The translations under genes were made by a program, and so were the position numbers. From assembly GCA_963422265.1 (NCBI GenBank), contig OY729416.1:1664001-1728000 (forward strand): DNA of 64,000 bases. Direction: 5' to 3'. Positions 20,770 to 31,390 of the stretch are shown here, one piece after another. This DNA is from Thermodesulfobacteriota bacterium (GTDB lineage: Bacteria; Desulfobacterota_D; UBA1144; Nemesobacterales; UBA2774). The first letter of the stretch is position 1. Every line of letters starts with the position of its first letter. The notes under the pieces were generated by a model that was given only the letters and a program-made list of their open reading frames with translations, was not told the origin of the DNA and ran no database searches.

Positions 20770-22450
20770 CTCGCCATTCCTGTCCTTTCCATCATTTCGT
20801 AGGGGCGACCCTTGTGGTTACCCAATTCTCGCGCCTTAGGGCGACCACAAGGATCGCCCCTATAGAACAAAGAACAAATCCACCCTGCCCCTCCTTTACA
20901 AAAGGAGGGGAATATCCTTTTCTAATCTCAGAGCTTGATAAGAGGCTTTTTCCTTTTTGCTAGACGTGCATGGACTACTCATTTTTTCTCCCCCTTTAGA
21001 CAAAGGGGGATATAGGGGGATTTGTTCTTTATCTTTTTAACTATGGCTCATCATTTAATCCCATAATCTCAAAAATCGCAGTTCAGACTTTCTTCTTCTG
21101 GGAGAGGGATACAGAGTGAGTGCGTTTTCGTCATTCCTGTTCCTTCCATCATTTCGTAGGGGTAACCCTAGTGGTTACCCTTGTCCTTAGATTTTTAGGG
21201 TGACCATCCTTCAAACAGGCGTAGGACATCACTAGGGTGATCATCCTACGGGTAAAGATAAAACCCACCCTAACCCTCCTTTACGAAAGGAGGGGAATAT
21301 CCTTTACTAATCTCAGAGCTTGACAAGAGGCTTTGCCCTTTTTGCTAGACGTGCATGGACTACTCATTGTTTTTCCCCCTTTAGACAAAGGGGGATATAG
21401 GGGGATTTGACGGGCGATGTCCTAAGTCTGCCGAAGGGCAAAATACAACCGATAAATTCTGTCTTCTCCCTCTCCTGCGTAAGCAGGAATCAAGAGGGAG
21501 GGATTTCTGTTCCTTCCATTATTTCGTAGTGGTAACCCTTGTGATTACCCAGTTCTTGCACCTTAGGGCGACCACAAGGGTCGCCGCCCCTACAGAACAA
21601 AGATAAAATCCACCCTAACCCTCCTTTACGAAAGGAGGGGAATATTCTTTACTAACCTCAGAGCTTGACAAGAGGCTTTGCCCTCTTTGCTAGACGTGCA
21701 TGGACTACTCATTGTTTTTCCCCCTTTAGACAAAGGGGGATATAGGGGGATTTGACGGGCGATGTTCTAAGTCTGCCGAAGGGCAAAATACAACCGATAA
21801 ATTCTGTCTTCTCCCTCTCCTGCGTAAGCAGGAATCCAGAGGGAGGGATTTCTGTTCCTTCCATCATTTCTTAGGGGTAGCCCTAGTGGTTACCCAATTC
21901 TTGTACCTTAGGGGCGACCACAAGGGTCCGCCCCTACAGAACAAAGAACAAATCCACCCTGACCCTCCTTTACAAAAGGAGGGGAATATCCTTTACTAAT
22001 CTCAGAGCTTGACAAGAGGCTTTTTCCTCTTTGCTAGACGTGCATGGACTACTCATTTTTTCTCCCCCTTTAGACAAAGGGGGATATAGGGGGATTTGTT
22101 CTTTAATCTTTTTAATCATGGCTCATCATTTAATCCCATAATCTCAAAAATCGCAGTTCAGACTTTCTTCTTCTGGGAGAGGGATACAGAGTGAGTGCGT
22201 TTTCGTCATTCCTGTCCTTTCCATCATTTCGTAGGGGCGACCCTAGTGGTTACCCTTGTCCTTAGATTTTTAGGGTGACCATCCTTCAAACAGGCTCAGG
22301 GCATCACTAGGGAGATCGTCCTACGGGTAAAGATAAAATCCACCCTAACCCTCCTTTACAAAAGGAGGGGAATATCCTTTACTAATCTCTGAACACCCCG
22401 AAGGGCGATGCGCAACCGAGGAGTTGGGGAACAGGAATCCCTTCCTTGCC
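20770..22450. repeat. Large tandem mosaic REP array (345-385-bp units, ~1.08-kb higher-order duplication)
   Basis: Block GCTAGACGTGCATGGACTACTCATT..CCCCCTTTAGACAAAGGGGG occurs four times (about 20960, 21343, 21690, 22033). Confidence 0.9.
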
Positions 22451-22498
22451 TCTCTCTACTGTATTCATCTCCGCTTGATGTAAGGGACATGCGGCACG

Positions 22499-23476
22499 TT
22501 ACCAACGGACAACTGAGGAACCCCATGTAAATCCGGCGCCAAAAGCCGAAAACAGCACGGTATCACCCTTTTTGAGTCTCCCACCTCTTACAGCCTCATC
22601 AAGAGCAATGGGAACCGACGCCGATGACGTATTGCCGTATCTGTCTAAATTACTAAATACCTTCTCTTCTGGCATATCAAGACGCTTTCTCAAGGCTTCT
22701 ATGATTCTATAGTTAGCTTGGTGTGGGATAAAAAGATCTATTTGATCGGGAGTTACATCCGCCATTTTTATCGCTTCGAGGGAAGAGGTCTGAAGGGCTT
22801 TTACGGCTTCCTTAAAGACATCTCTTCCTTCCATCTTGAGATAATGGCTCTTGTTCCTCAGGCTTTCTTCCGAAGCGGGAATACGCGACCCGCCGCCCGG
22901 CAGGTAGAGAAGCTTCCAGTCGTCGCCTCTAGCACCTAGACACGAGGACATTAACCCTGGAGTCTCCGAATTGCCAATCACGGCAGCTCCTGCCCCATCG
23001 CCAAATAAAATACAGGTTGTCCTATCCTCGTAATCAATCACCTTAGATAGGGTCTCAGCACCAACGATGAGGAGCATTTTAGCCTCCCCGCTTTCAATAA
23101 ATCCCCGCGCTACGTGAAGAGCGTATAAAAAACCCGAACAGCCCGCGAGCAGGTCAAAGGCAAACGCCTTCCTCGCTCCAATTCGGCTTTGTAAAACACA
23201 GGCTGACGAGGGAAATAGAAAGTCCGGAGTTATTGTTCCTAGTATAATTCCATCCAGACTTTTAGGATCAACCGAGGCATCCTCAAGGGCTCTCATCGAA
23301 GCCTCATACGCTAAATCGGACGTTGCAATCTCTGGCTCGGCGATCCTTCTTTCCTTTATGCCTGTTCTGGTAGTTATCCACTCGTCCGACGTGTTTACAA
23401 TCTTCTCAAAGTCAAAGTTGGACAACACTTTATCCGGAGCGGATGCACCCGTCCCTAAAAACTTTACAAATCCCAA
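22499..23476 (-). CDS. fabH: Beta-ketoacyl-ACP synthase III
   Basis: TSDEWITTRTGIKERR, AGCSGF, PHQAN, GNTSSAS. Confidence 0.96.
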   Translation of the reverse strand: MGFVKFLGTGASAPDKVLSNFDFEKIVNTSDEWITTRTGIKERRIAEPEIATSDLAYEASMRALEDASVDPKSLDGIILGTITPDFLFPSSACVLQSRIGARKAFAFDLLAGCSGFLYALHVARGFIESGEAKMLLIVGAETLSKVIDYEDRTTCILFGDGAGAAVIGNSETPGLMSSCLGARGDDWKLLYLPGGGSRIPASEESLRNKSHYLKMEGRDVFKEAVKALQTSSLEAIKMADVTPDQIDLFIPHQANYRIIEALRKRLDMPEEKVFSNLDRYGNTSSASVPIALDEAVRGGRLKKGDTVLFSAFGAGFTWGSSVVRW

Positions 23477-23556
23477 TTAGCGATTACCCCTTCAGTATTT
23501 ACCTAACAGTATCGGATAACAAACTTGTTTTGTCAAATGTAAAAGCGGCATAGACC

Positions 23557-23994
23557 CTATCGCGCTTCCGCTAGTAAAGACCTAAGACGCATTTTCCCTT
23601 CGTGCGTGATACGCGCTCTTTTTAAGTATTCTATTTCTGAAACGTAAAACAATACGTTGAAGTATCCCTGTCTTATCAATTGTCTTATGAGGGCGGTTTC
23701 CTCTTTGGATTCTACGTTGAAAAAATAGTCAAAGCCAAAAGGTTTTTCATTTCCATTATAGATAAGAGTTTGAATTTTCAGGGAAGGGAACTCAGGGCGA
23801 TCTATAAATGCAAAACCTACTTCTATTCGATGCAGTTCTCTGAAGGAGTCAACCTCTTCTCTACCCCCTTTAATTATCAAAGTAGCCTCATCCCCTATAG
23901 ACGTGAAAAGACATCCGGATTCAATCATTGATAGACATAACTCCACATCTGAGGAAATTGACGGAATTTTTAAACTTTTTCTTGACATAGACAT
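23557..23994 (-). CDS. Hypothetical protein
   Basis: Intact 145-aa ORF, co-oriented with fabH. Confidence 0.6.
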   Translation of the reverse strand: MSMSRKSLKIPSISSDVELCLSMIESGCLFTSIGDEATLIIKGGREEVDSFRELHRIEVGFAFIDRPEFPSLKIQTLIYNGNEKPFGFDYFFNVESKEETALIRQLIRQGYFNVLFYVSEIEYLKRARITHEGKMRLRSLLAEAR

Positions 23995-24213
23995 GTAAAA
24001 TTTATTAGTATCAATGTAAAAAAGCTCGTAACGCTATTGATAAATACTTAATATTATTATAACGGTAGTTTTCATTGTATGAACGTGGTATGAACGCGCA
24101 ACAACTTTTGCTGTTTACTTTAGTTTGCAAGATTTTAGTAAATTAGCGAGAGCGACTTATAAATGAGGGTTATTTATAATACATGGTAATTTATAACAAG
24201 GAGGATTCAAAAG

Positions 24214-24387
24214 ATGATGTGGACACTAATTGTGATTGGATTAGCTTTCTTTGGATGGTACTTCATAGCACCGCAAGGTGAGGATGCGGCGGGCTCGGAT
24301 GCTGCTTCGGCGGAGCCTGCACCACCATCCCCGCCTTCTGCTGACGCCGGGACTGACGGTAGCGAATTTCAATCGCCAGGTAGCTAA
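24214..24387 (+). CDS. Small single-TM protein (57 aa) with an acidic Pro/Ala/Ser tail; absent from the ORF track
   Basis: AAGGAGGA RBS; MMWTLIVIGLAFFGWYFIAPQGEDAAGSDAASAEPAPPSPPSADAGTDGSEFQSPGS*. Confidence 0.7.
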   Translation: MMWTLIVIGLAFFGWYFIAPQGEDAAGSDAASAEPAPPSPPSADAGTDGSEFQSPGS

Positions 24388-24389
24388 CT

Positions 24390-24665
24390 AGCAGGCGGGC
24401 GAGCATCCCGATGCAAGCCCCGGTAGCTAGGGAGAATGAAACTCCAGCTAGTGCTTCTCAAAACACGCGCTGGGAGAATTAGTGCGTCAGTTTAGCCCGC
24501 CTATTCTGCCTATAAAAGGGGTGGTGTATGCGTGGTGTGTACATAGTAACCCACCCATAAAGAGTGGAAGGAGTGAGCGGGAGCGTATGAGTGTTTTGAG
24601 AGGTGCATATTCCAAAAAGGAATTATCTCCTAGGTTCTCCTCGACTAGGTGAACCTGCGTGTTCA
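24390..24665 (+). ncRNA. Candidate structured RNA, family not recognised
   Basis: Several helices found by eye, with G-U pairs favouring the + strand, plus a 13-bp long-range pairing. Confidence 0.4.
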
Positions 24666-24932
24666 TCTCTTTCTAAAGGAAAGCACATCTCCAAATAGTT
24701 CCTTCTCTCATGTATTCGTTGATATATATTAATGGAGAAAATGAGCTTACTAACCCAAGCTGGATTTTCAACCAAGTTGTTAGCACTAGGCAATTAAAAT
24801 ATTATAGTTTAACCATAAAAATCTATACCTAAGGCAACGCTAGCTTTGCTCCCTCCCTGTCTATATGGTAGCCTTACCGTGTTAATATCGTTAGTTTTAC
24901 ATATAAATTAATGGGAACAGGAGTCTTTATAC

Positions 24933-25169
24933 ATGAACTTTCCAAAGATAGATGGGCATATAGACATTACCAAAGAAATATGCCCTATGACCTATGTAAA
25001 GACGAAGCTCAAGCTGGGGACGATGTCTTCTGGTCAGGTGCTTGAAGTAACTTTGGCTGAAGGCGAATCACTGATAAACGTTCCTAAAACCATAAAGCAG
25101 GAAGGGCATAAGATACTAGATCTTCAGCAGGAAGGTAGTTTCTACAAGCTTCTCATAGAGCACCGTTGA
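24933..25169 (+). CDS. TusA/SirA-family sulfur carrier
   Basis: IDITKEICPMTYVKTKL motif (CPx). Confidence 0.88.
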   Translation: MNFPKIDGHIDITKEICPMTYVKTKLKLGTMSSGQVLEVTLAEGESLINVPKTIKQEGHKILDLQQEGSFYKLLIEHR

Positions 25170-26116
25170 TGAACGTTTCTTTGGCTAGAAAAAAAACTTT
25201 GGATCACAGGCTGAAAAGGGCAAACTCGGTAACTGAGCTAGTAGGAAACACCCCACTCATCAAGCTGACGCGCATTACGGAGAATCTAAGCCCTGGAGTA
25301 GAGGTTTACGTAAAAGCCGAGTGGTTCAACCCCGGAGGCTCGGTAAAGGATAGACCCGCCCTATGGATGACTCTGGAGGAAATCCGCTCAGGGCGACTCA
25401 ACAGAGATACAATTTTGATGGATTCCTCATCTGGCAACACGGCGATAGCATATGCCATGTTTGGTGCTACCCTGGGATACAAAGTAGAGCTTGTAATGCC
25501 GCTTAACATAAACGTAGAGCGAAAGAAAACCCTCCAGGCGTTTGGGGCTAAAGTGGTGTACTCAGATCCACTTGAAGGCTCTGACGGGGCTATCCGCATG
25601 GCTAGGAAGCTAAAGGCGGAAAACCCTGATAGATACGCTATGCCGGATCAATATAACAATCCTTACAACTCCAAATCCCATTATGACACTACGGCTCTTG
25701 AAATCTGGGATCAGACGCGGGGGCGAATAACTCATTTTCTAGCGGGGCTTGGAACGAGTGGCACCTTTATGGGCACGTCAAAACGGCTCAAGGAGTTCAA
25801 TCCTGACGTAAAAGCTATCGCGATTGAGCCTGCCGAAGCGCTTCACGGACTTGAGGGAATGAAGCACATGGCTACTTCAATCGTGCCGGGGATTTACGAT
25901 GCGGAATTTGCAGATCAGCTAGTAAGGGTTTATACCGACGACGCTTATGATATTATGAAGAAGCTACTCAAGAAAGAGGGGATTTTTGTTGGTCACTCCG
26001 GGGGCGCGGCGGCTTATGCTACCTTATCTTATGCCAAAAACCTTAAAGAGGGAGTTCTTGTTACCGTTCTTCCCGACGGCGGATATAGGTATCTAAGTGG
26101 GGGTCTGTGGTGGTAA
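25166..26116 (+). CDS. cysM: PLP-dependent cysteine synthase (CysM-like)
   Basis: VGNTPL, NPGGSVKDR, SSGNT, GLGTSGT. Confidence 0.85.
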   Translation: MMNVSLARKKTLDHRLKRANSVTELVGNTPLIKLTRITENLSPGVEVYVKAEWFNPGGSVKDRPALWMTLEEIRSGRLNRDTILMDSSSGNTAIAYAMFGATLGYKVELVMPLNINVERKKTLQAFGAKVVYSDPLEGSDGAIRMARKLKAENPDRYAMPDQYNNPYNSKSHYDTTALEIWDQTRGRITHFLAGLGTSGTFMGTSKRLKEFNPDVKAIAIEPAEALHGLEGMKHMATSIVPGIYDAEFADQLVRVYTDDAYDIMKKLLKKEGIFVGHSGGAAAYATLSYAKNLKEGVLVTVLPDGGYRYLSGGLWW

Positions 26117-26523
26117 GGATAAGTAAATATTCCTACAACGAGATTATAAAGCACGCGGAGGACGGTTTTCCAAAAGAGGTATGCGGGGTTTTGATTGGCG
26201 CAAAGGACGTAATAACGAATTATAGAGCGTGCCGCAATCTAAACGCTGAAAGGGCGCACGACCGATACGAGCTTGATCCTTCGTCTTTTAAGCGAGCCGA
26301 CGACTGGGCGAGGGAAAACGGCATGGAGATACTGGGAATATATCACTCTCACCCCGACCATCCCTCAATGGCTTCTGAGACTGATAGGCAGAGGGCGTGG
26401 CCCGAATGGGTTTACATTATTTTCTCTATAAATGGAGGAAAATATAATGACGCTAGAGCCTGGATTTTAGAAGATTTTGACTCCAACTTTAGAGAGGAGT
26501 CTATAGAGGTTGTGCCAGACTAG
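26107..26523 (+). CDS. M67/JAMM-family metallopeptidase (Mec-like)
   Basis: EVCGVL and YHSHPDHPSMASETD JAMM motif. Confidence 0.9.
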   Translation: MVVRISKYSYNEIIKHAEDGFPKEVCGVLIGAKDVITNYRACRNLNAERAHDRYELDPSSFKRADDWARENGMEILGIYHSHPDHPSMASETDRQRAWPEWVYIIFSINGGKYNDARAWILEDFDSNFREESIEVVPD

Positions 26524-26789
26524 TTCCATCCTCAATAATAGAATAATACGCTTCGTTTAGAACGTATTGGTTAAAGACTGCTTAATAAGATAAGTTCAGA
26601 TAAGATCATATCCTGATATTCACCCCTCTTTGAATCCATCAAAAACAACAAAAAATCGTTGCTTCTCGCCTCAAGGATAAATGACTTAAATAAACTTGAT
26701 TGGCTAAGACTAAATCCATTTTCCATAGAAATCGTAACGTCGCATTTCGTCATTTCTTGAGTCATTTGATTTTCCCCCTCACGCTACGA

Positions 26790-27089
26790 CTAAAGCCGTT
26801 GGGCGAGCTCCAAAAGGGTCTTAATCAGAAACTGCCTAAGGAAAACGATCGCCACTAGAACTAGTATGGGAGACAGATCTAGCGTGCCGCCGATAGGAGG
26901 GAGTATTCTCCTTGCGTATCTTAACGCCGGTTCAGTAGCCTGATAGAGAAAATTGACTATGGGATTGTAAGGGCTGGGATTTACCCATGATATAATGGCT
27001 CTGGCTACAATTAGCCACATATAAACGTTAAGCAGTATGCCCATAACCTCCACTATCGCAACGATGAAATTCTGCAATAAAACGTCCAT
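26790..27089 (-). CDS. yggT: YggT family membrane protein
   Basis: SWVNPSPYNPIV..TEP..DLSP. Confidence 0.92.
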   Translation of the reverse strand: MDVLLQNFIVAIVEVMGILLNVYMWLIVARAIISWVNPSPYNPIVNFLYQATEPALRYARRILPPIGGTLDLSPILVLVAIVFLRQFLIKTLLELAQRL

Positions 27090-27904
27090 TAATTCTCCTC
27101 CTCAGATAGCTTTCTTGAACGAAGCGTAGCTGCCTCAACTGCTGAAATAACGCTTGCCCTAAACCCTCCTTGCTCCAGCCTGTAAATACCCTCAATCGTA
27201 GTGCCTCCAGGAGAGGACACCTTATCTTTAAGTTCAGCGGGATGGTCGTCACCCTGTCTAATCATCTTAGCGGTGCCATAGACGGTTTGAGTTGCTAAAG
27301 CGAGTGACATTTCCCTTGAAAGCCCCATCTTAACCCCCCCTTCGGAGAGTGACTCTATAAAGATAGATGCAAAAGCGGGACCACTTCCGCTAAGCCCCGT
27401 TACGGCGTCGAGCTGGCTTTCTTTGCTAACCATATAGGCAACGCCTACGGATTTGAATATCTCCTTGACGTTTTCTCGTTCTTGAGGACTCAGGTGAGGA
27501 TTACAGTAAAGCGCGGACGCCCCCGCAAGAACAAGGGCAGGAGTGTTAGGCATTACCCTTACTATCTTGGCTTTCTTTTTAATAATTTTAGAAATGAAAG
27601 AAGTTGTAATTCCAGCCGCTATAGAGACAATAATCTTTTTAGAGTTCACTATCGCCTTTATCTCTTCCAAAACTCCTGACACGCTGTCGGGCTTTACGGA
27701 CAGCACTACAATGTCAGATTCCTTTGAAAGGTGTTTGTTGTTGCGAGCAGGCTTTACATTGTAAGCTGACCTCACGTGATCTACCCTTTTTTCCAGAGTG
27801 TCACTAACCATAACCTGCTCGCTCGTAAACAGTTTTGATGAAATAAGTCCCTCTATAAGGGCCTGCGCCATATTTCCGGCGCCGATGAATCCTATCCTAT
27901 TCAT
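27089..27904 (-). CDS. proC: Pyrroline-5-carboxylate reductase
   Basis: GFIGAGNMA, RVMPNTP, SGSGPA, VSSPGGTT. Confidence 0.97.
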   Translation of the reverse strand: MNRIGFIGAGNMAQALIEGLISSKLFTSEQVMVSDTLEKRVDHVRSAYNVKPARNNKHLSKESDIVVLSVKPDSVSGVLEEIKAIVNSKKIIVSIAAGITTSFISKIIKKKAKIVRVMPNTPALVLAGASALYCNPHLSPQERENVKEIFKSVGVAYMVSKESQLDAVTGLSGSGPAFASIFIESLSEGGVKMGLSREMSLALATQTVYGTAKMIRQGDDHPAELKDKVSSPGGTTIEGIYRLEQGGFRASVISAVEAATLRSRKLSEEEN

Positions 27905-27913
27905 ATACCGCTT

Positions 27914-28639
27914 TTAATAACTCCTTTGCCCAAAAATCGCTGAGCCGACCCTCACTATCGTCGCTCCTTCCTCAATAGCTACCTCAAAATCGTCGCTCAT
28001 TCCCATAGAGAGTTCCTTCAAATTCGGATATTCGTTTAACAAGCCATTCTTAGCTTCCCTTAACCGCCTGAAGGATCGCCTCGCCTCCTCAGGATCAGTG
28101 GAATAAGGCGCCATGGTCATTAAACCTACAAGCTCAATAGAAGAAAGGCCTTCTAATTCCATCATAAAACCTTCTAGTTCTTGTAGTTTAACCCCGCCTT
28201 TGGTCTCTTCTCCCGCCGTATTTACCTCTATGAGAGACTGAACAGTTATCCCTAAACTCTCTGCCCTTCTATTTATTTCACGAGCGAGCGAAAGGGAATC
28301 AAGAGAATGAATGAGACCCACGTTGCCCACTATGTATTTAACCTTGTTTTTTTGAAGCCTTCCTATAAAATGCCAATGAATCATCGTAGCTTGGCTTAGT
28401 ACTCCTAAACCCGAGGCGTTATTATTTATGGTTTTAATCTTATCTCTGAGCTCCTGCGCATAGTTCTCGCCGAACGTATTGACGCCGTATTTAGACGCCC
28501 CTATTATCCTTTCAGCGCTAACTCGCTTGGATACCGCCACGAGTTTTATTTCTCCGGCGTCGCGTCTCGATTTAGCTGCAGCTTTTTCAATCCTCCGCCG
28601 AACCTCTCTTAGGTTGCCCTCTAAATCAACTTCCACCAA
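27914..28639 (-). CDS. yggS: PLP homeostasis protein YggS/PlpBP
   Basis: [32 protein letters not shown]. Confidence 0.95.
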   Translation of the reverse strand: MVEVDLEGNLREVRRRIEKAAAKSRRDAGEIKLVAVSKRVSAERIIGASKYGVNTFGENYAQELRDKIKTINNNASGLGVLSQATMIHWHFIGRLQKNKVKYIVGNVGLIHSLDSLSLAREINRRAESLGITVQSLIEVNTAGEETKGGVKLQELEGFMMELEGLSSIELVGLMTMAPYSTDPEEARRSFRRLREAKNGLLNEYPNLKELSMGMSDDFEVAIEEGATIVRVGSAIFGQRSY

Positions 28640-28642
28640 AGG

Positions 28643-29224
28643 TCAGTTCCCTATGTAGTTAAGCTCATTGTCTATCCAGAATTTGGAAGCCCCTAGGCTC
28701 GCTTTGAGCGCCACTCCACCCTTTGCCATCTGAAAAACAATTATGTCCGAAGACAGTGGCACATAACTGCTTTTAGACCCACCTATATCTTTATATTGAG
28801 CTGATGCCTCCCCCTGGGCCCCAAAGTTCAATCCTGACGTAACAAACTTATAAAACGCATTTTTATTATTAAATACTATGACTTCTCTAATGCCCTTAAG
28901 GGCAAAACCAAGTCCGACCTCTCCTGCAGCCATCCTCATAAAAACTTTATCGCCATTAGAATTATCCACGGCGACCCCGTATCCGATGTCCGAACCTGCA
29001 AACAGTATGTGGGTATCAAAACCGCTAAAAACGGCGTAGCCCGCCGCGTTCTGAATTAATTTCTCAGTGTAATGCAGTTTCTCGTGCAACTCCGCCAACG
29101 TATCGTCCCTCATTTTCAAAACAAAATCCCTTTTTTCGCTGGGAGTAGCACCCTCAGGTCTGGAGCAAGCACCTAGAAGAACCGTAAGGACGACTATAGA
29201 TATGACTAGAACGCAGAATTTCAT
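28643..29224 (-). CDS. YSC84/SYLF-related lipoprotein
   Basis: Lipobox LGAC; AAGYAVF, GYGVAVDN, GEVGLGF; start at ATG 29224 after GGAGG. Confidence 0.7.
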   Translation of the reverse strand: MKFCVLVISIVVLTVLLGACSRPEGATPSEKRDFVLKMRDDTLAELHEKLHYTEKLIQNAAGYAVFSGFDTHILFAGSDIGYGVAVDNSNGDKVFMRMAAGEVGLGFALKGIREVIVFNNKNAFYKFVTSGLNFGAQGEASAQYKDIGGSKSSYVPLSSDIIVFQMAKGGVALKASLGASKFWIDNELNYIGN

Positions 29225-29488
29225 ATGGCAACCTCCGTCAGAATTTACTGAAGGCAAGTAATTTCTTTGTATTATATAGCGGAATTAAGCGCATGACTAG
29301 TTAAACACTAAGAACTTAACGGCGCTTGAGTTCTAACAACTCCAATTATCACGAAATTCCAACCTCAATTTAGCTCGCAAAACCAAAAGAAACCCTTATA
29401 ATAAACTGCCAAGACCATGAACAAAAGAGCAAAATGGGAGAAATTACTTGACGTGGAGAAATTACTTGACGTATAGAGTGAACATAAC

Positions 29489-31081
29489 ATGATAAAAAAT
29501 CCCTTGCTGTGTCTAGTGATCGCTTTGTTTCTATTCATATACGGATGTAAAGACCAAGACGCCGTCTCGCAGAAAAACGCCATAAACGTAAACATAGGAA
29601 ATGAGCCGCCCACCCTTGACTGGGCTTTAGCTACGGACAGCACGTCCTTTACAGTGCTAAATAACGTTATGGAGGGGCTTACAAGATTCGGCGGCGACTT
29701 CCTACCTCAGCCAGCTCTAGCCGAGAGTTGGGAGATAAGCGAAGATGGAGAAACTTACACTTTTAAGATCAGGGAAGGCGTTCTATGGACGGATGGCAAA
29801 CCCCTTAGAGCGGAGGACTTTGAATACTCATGGAAACGAATACTCGACCCAAAGACGGGGGGACATTACGCATATTTTCTGTTTGACGTAAAGAACGCTG
29901 AGGAATATAACACCGGGAAAATAGAAGACCCTCGCAAAGTCGGAGTAAAAGCACTGGGAGATAGAACGCTTCAAGTGAAGCTGAAGCGGAAAGCTTCTTA
30001 CTTCCCCAGCCTCTTAACCTTTATGTCAACGTTTCCTATGAGAAAAGACGTATTAGAAAAACATGGGATCAAATGGACAGAGCCTGAAAACATAGTAACT
30101 TTGGGTCCGTATAAACCCTCATTATGGAGACACCATGACGTTATAATTCTTTCAATCAACCCCGATTACTGGGGTGAGGTGCCTAAGATTAAAAAGGTAA
30201 ACATGATAATGAATGAGAATCCGTCTTCAGCTCTGGCTCTGTATGAAAGCGGGAAGCTCGATTTCGCCGACAGCAAAAGCATCCCACCCTTGGAGGTTCC
30301 AAGACTAAGAAATTTAGACGAATTTAAGACCACTCTTCAGTTCAGGACGAACTATATAGCATTTAACGTTAAGAAACCACCGTTTAACGATCCACTTGTC
30401 AGGAAAGCCTTCACGTCTTCAATTGACAGGAAAAGCATAGTAAACCTTATACAGGGGGGCGGAATTGAGACTACCTCTTGGATACCTAAAAATATGCTGG
30501 GTTACAATCCTACCATCGGTCTCAGGTTTGATCGCGCCCAGGCAAAAAAATGGCTAGCCAAAGCGGGCTACCCGGATGGCAAAGGATTTCCCGACGTGAG
30601 TTTTCTCTGGCCCGATGTTAGCTCTAACAGAGTAATAGCAGAGGCTCTTCAAAGTATGTGGAAAGAACATCTTGGTATCAAGGTCAATCTCGTAAACGAG
30701 GAATGGAAGGTATATCTAAGCACTATTAATACTAAACCGCCCGAAATACACCGTGCTGGATGGGGAGCGGACTTTCCAGACCCACATAATTTCATGAATT
30801 TATTTACCTGCGTCTCGGGCAACAATAGAACGGGCTGGTGCAATACAAAATACGACGAGCTTGTAGAAAGGGCTGCGCAAGAAACCGACTCTGAGAAAAG
30901 GAGGATTTTATACGATAAGGCGCAAAAGATCCTCACCGAAACGGACGCGCCTATAGCACCGTTTTATATCACTATGCAGCAGAATCTAATAAAGCCCTAC
31001 TTGGCAGGACTAGAGCCTAACCCTCTTGACGTGGTGCTCTTTAAGAAAGCGTCCTTTAGAGATAGAAGGGACGGTGGGTAA
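29489..31081 (+). CDS. Peptide ABC transporter substrate-binding lipoprotein (OppA-like)
   Basis: Lipobox IYGC; EPPTLD, PALAESW..YTFKIR..WTDG, GWGADFPDP. Confidence 0.9.
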   Translation: MIKNPLLCLVIALFLFIYGCKDQDAVSQKNAINVNIGNEPPTLDWALATDSTSFTVLNNVMEGLTRFGGDFLPQPALAESWEISEDGETYTFKIREGVLWTDGKPLRAEDFEYSWKRILDPKTGGHYAYFLFDVKNAEEYNTGKIEDPRKVGVKALGDRTLQVKLKRKASYFPSLLTFMSTFPMRKDVLEKHGIKWTEPENIVTLGPYKPSLWRHHDVIILSINPDYWGEVPKIKKVNMIMNENPSSALALYESGKLDFADSKSIPPLEVPRLRNLDEFKTTLQFRTNYIAFNVKKPPFNDPLVRKAFTSSIDRKSIVNLIQGGGIETTSWIPKNMLGYNPTIGLRFDRAQAKKWLAKAGYPDGKGFPDVSFLWPDVSSNRVIAEALQSMWKEHLGIKVNLVNEEWKVYLSTINTKPPEIHRAGWGADFPDPHNFMNLFTCVSGNNRTGWCNTKYDELVERAAQETDSEKRRILYDKAQKILTETDAPIAPFYITMQQNLIKPYLAGLEPNPLDVVLFKKASFRDRRDGG

Positions 31082-31390
31082 GAATTGCATATTCAACTTA
31101 TCTAAGCCGGTCTGATCCCCATTTTCACAGGAACATAATATAAATTCTGCAGTGGGTAAAAGAGCATATGAATTTTTCCTTACTCTCATACCCACCCTAG
31201 ATTCCTGCTTCCGCAGGAATGACGATTTAGACGCATATCACAAACCATCTTTCAAACTATAGGGAGTGCATAGCGGAGTTGACAACAGACAATTATGCAG
31301 CTAAAAAGAAATGGAGAAAGCAATCAATCAGAGCCCAACTATGGAAGAAAGAAATCGCCTGATTCAATGACTTTCTTTAATAGAACAAGC

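Noticed and set aside
20770-22450. REP arrays (also 45460-46460 and 49180-50778) as CRISPR or integron attC arrays
   Set aside because: Linkers between palindromes are themselves repeated; no cas gene or integron integrase; no cassette ORFs between units
24555-24630. SAM-I riboswitch (AAGAG..AGGTGC..TTCC-like words upstream of sulfur genes)
   Set aside because: No GCAACC motif or convincing P1 AUC/GAU helix; kept only as an unclassified RNA candidate
26571-26765. 64-aa ORF downstream of yggT
   Set aside because: No resemblance to the DUF167 or DivIVA genes often found there; no other support
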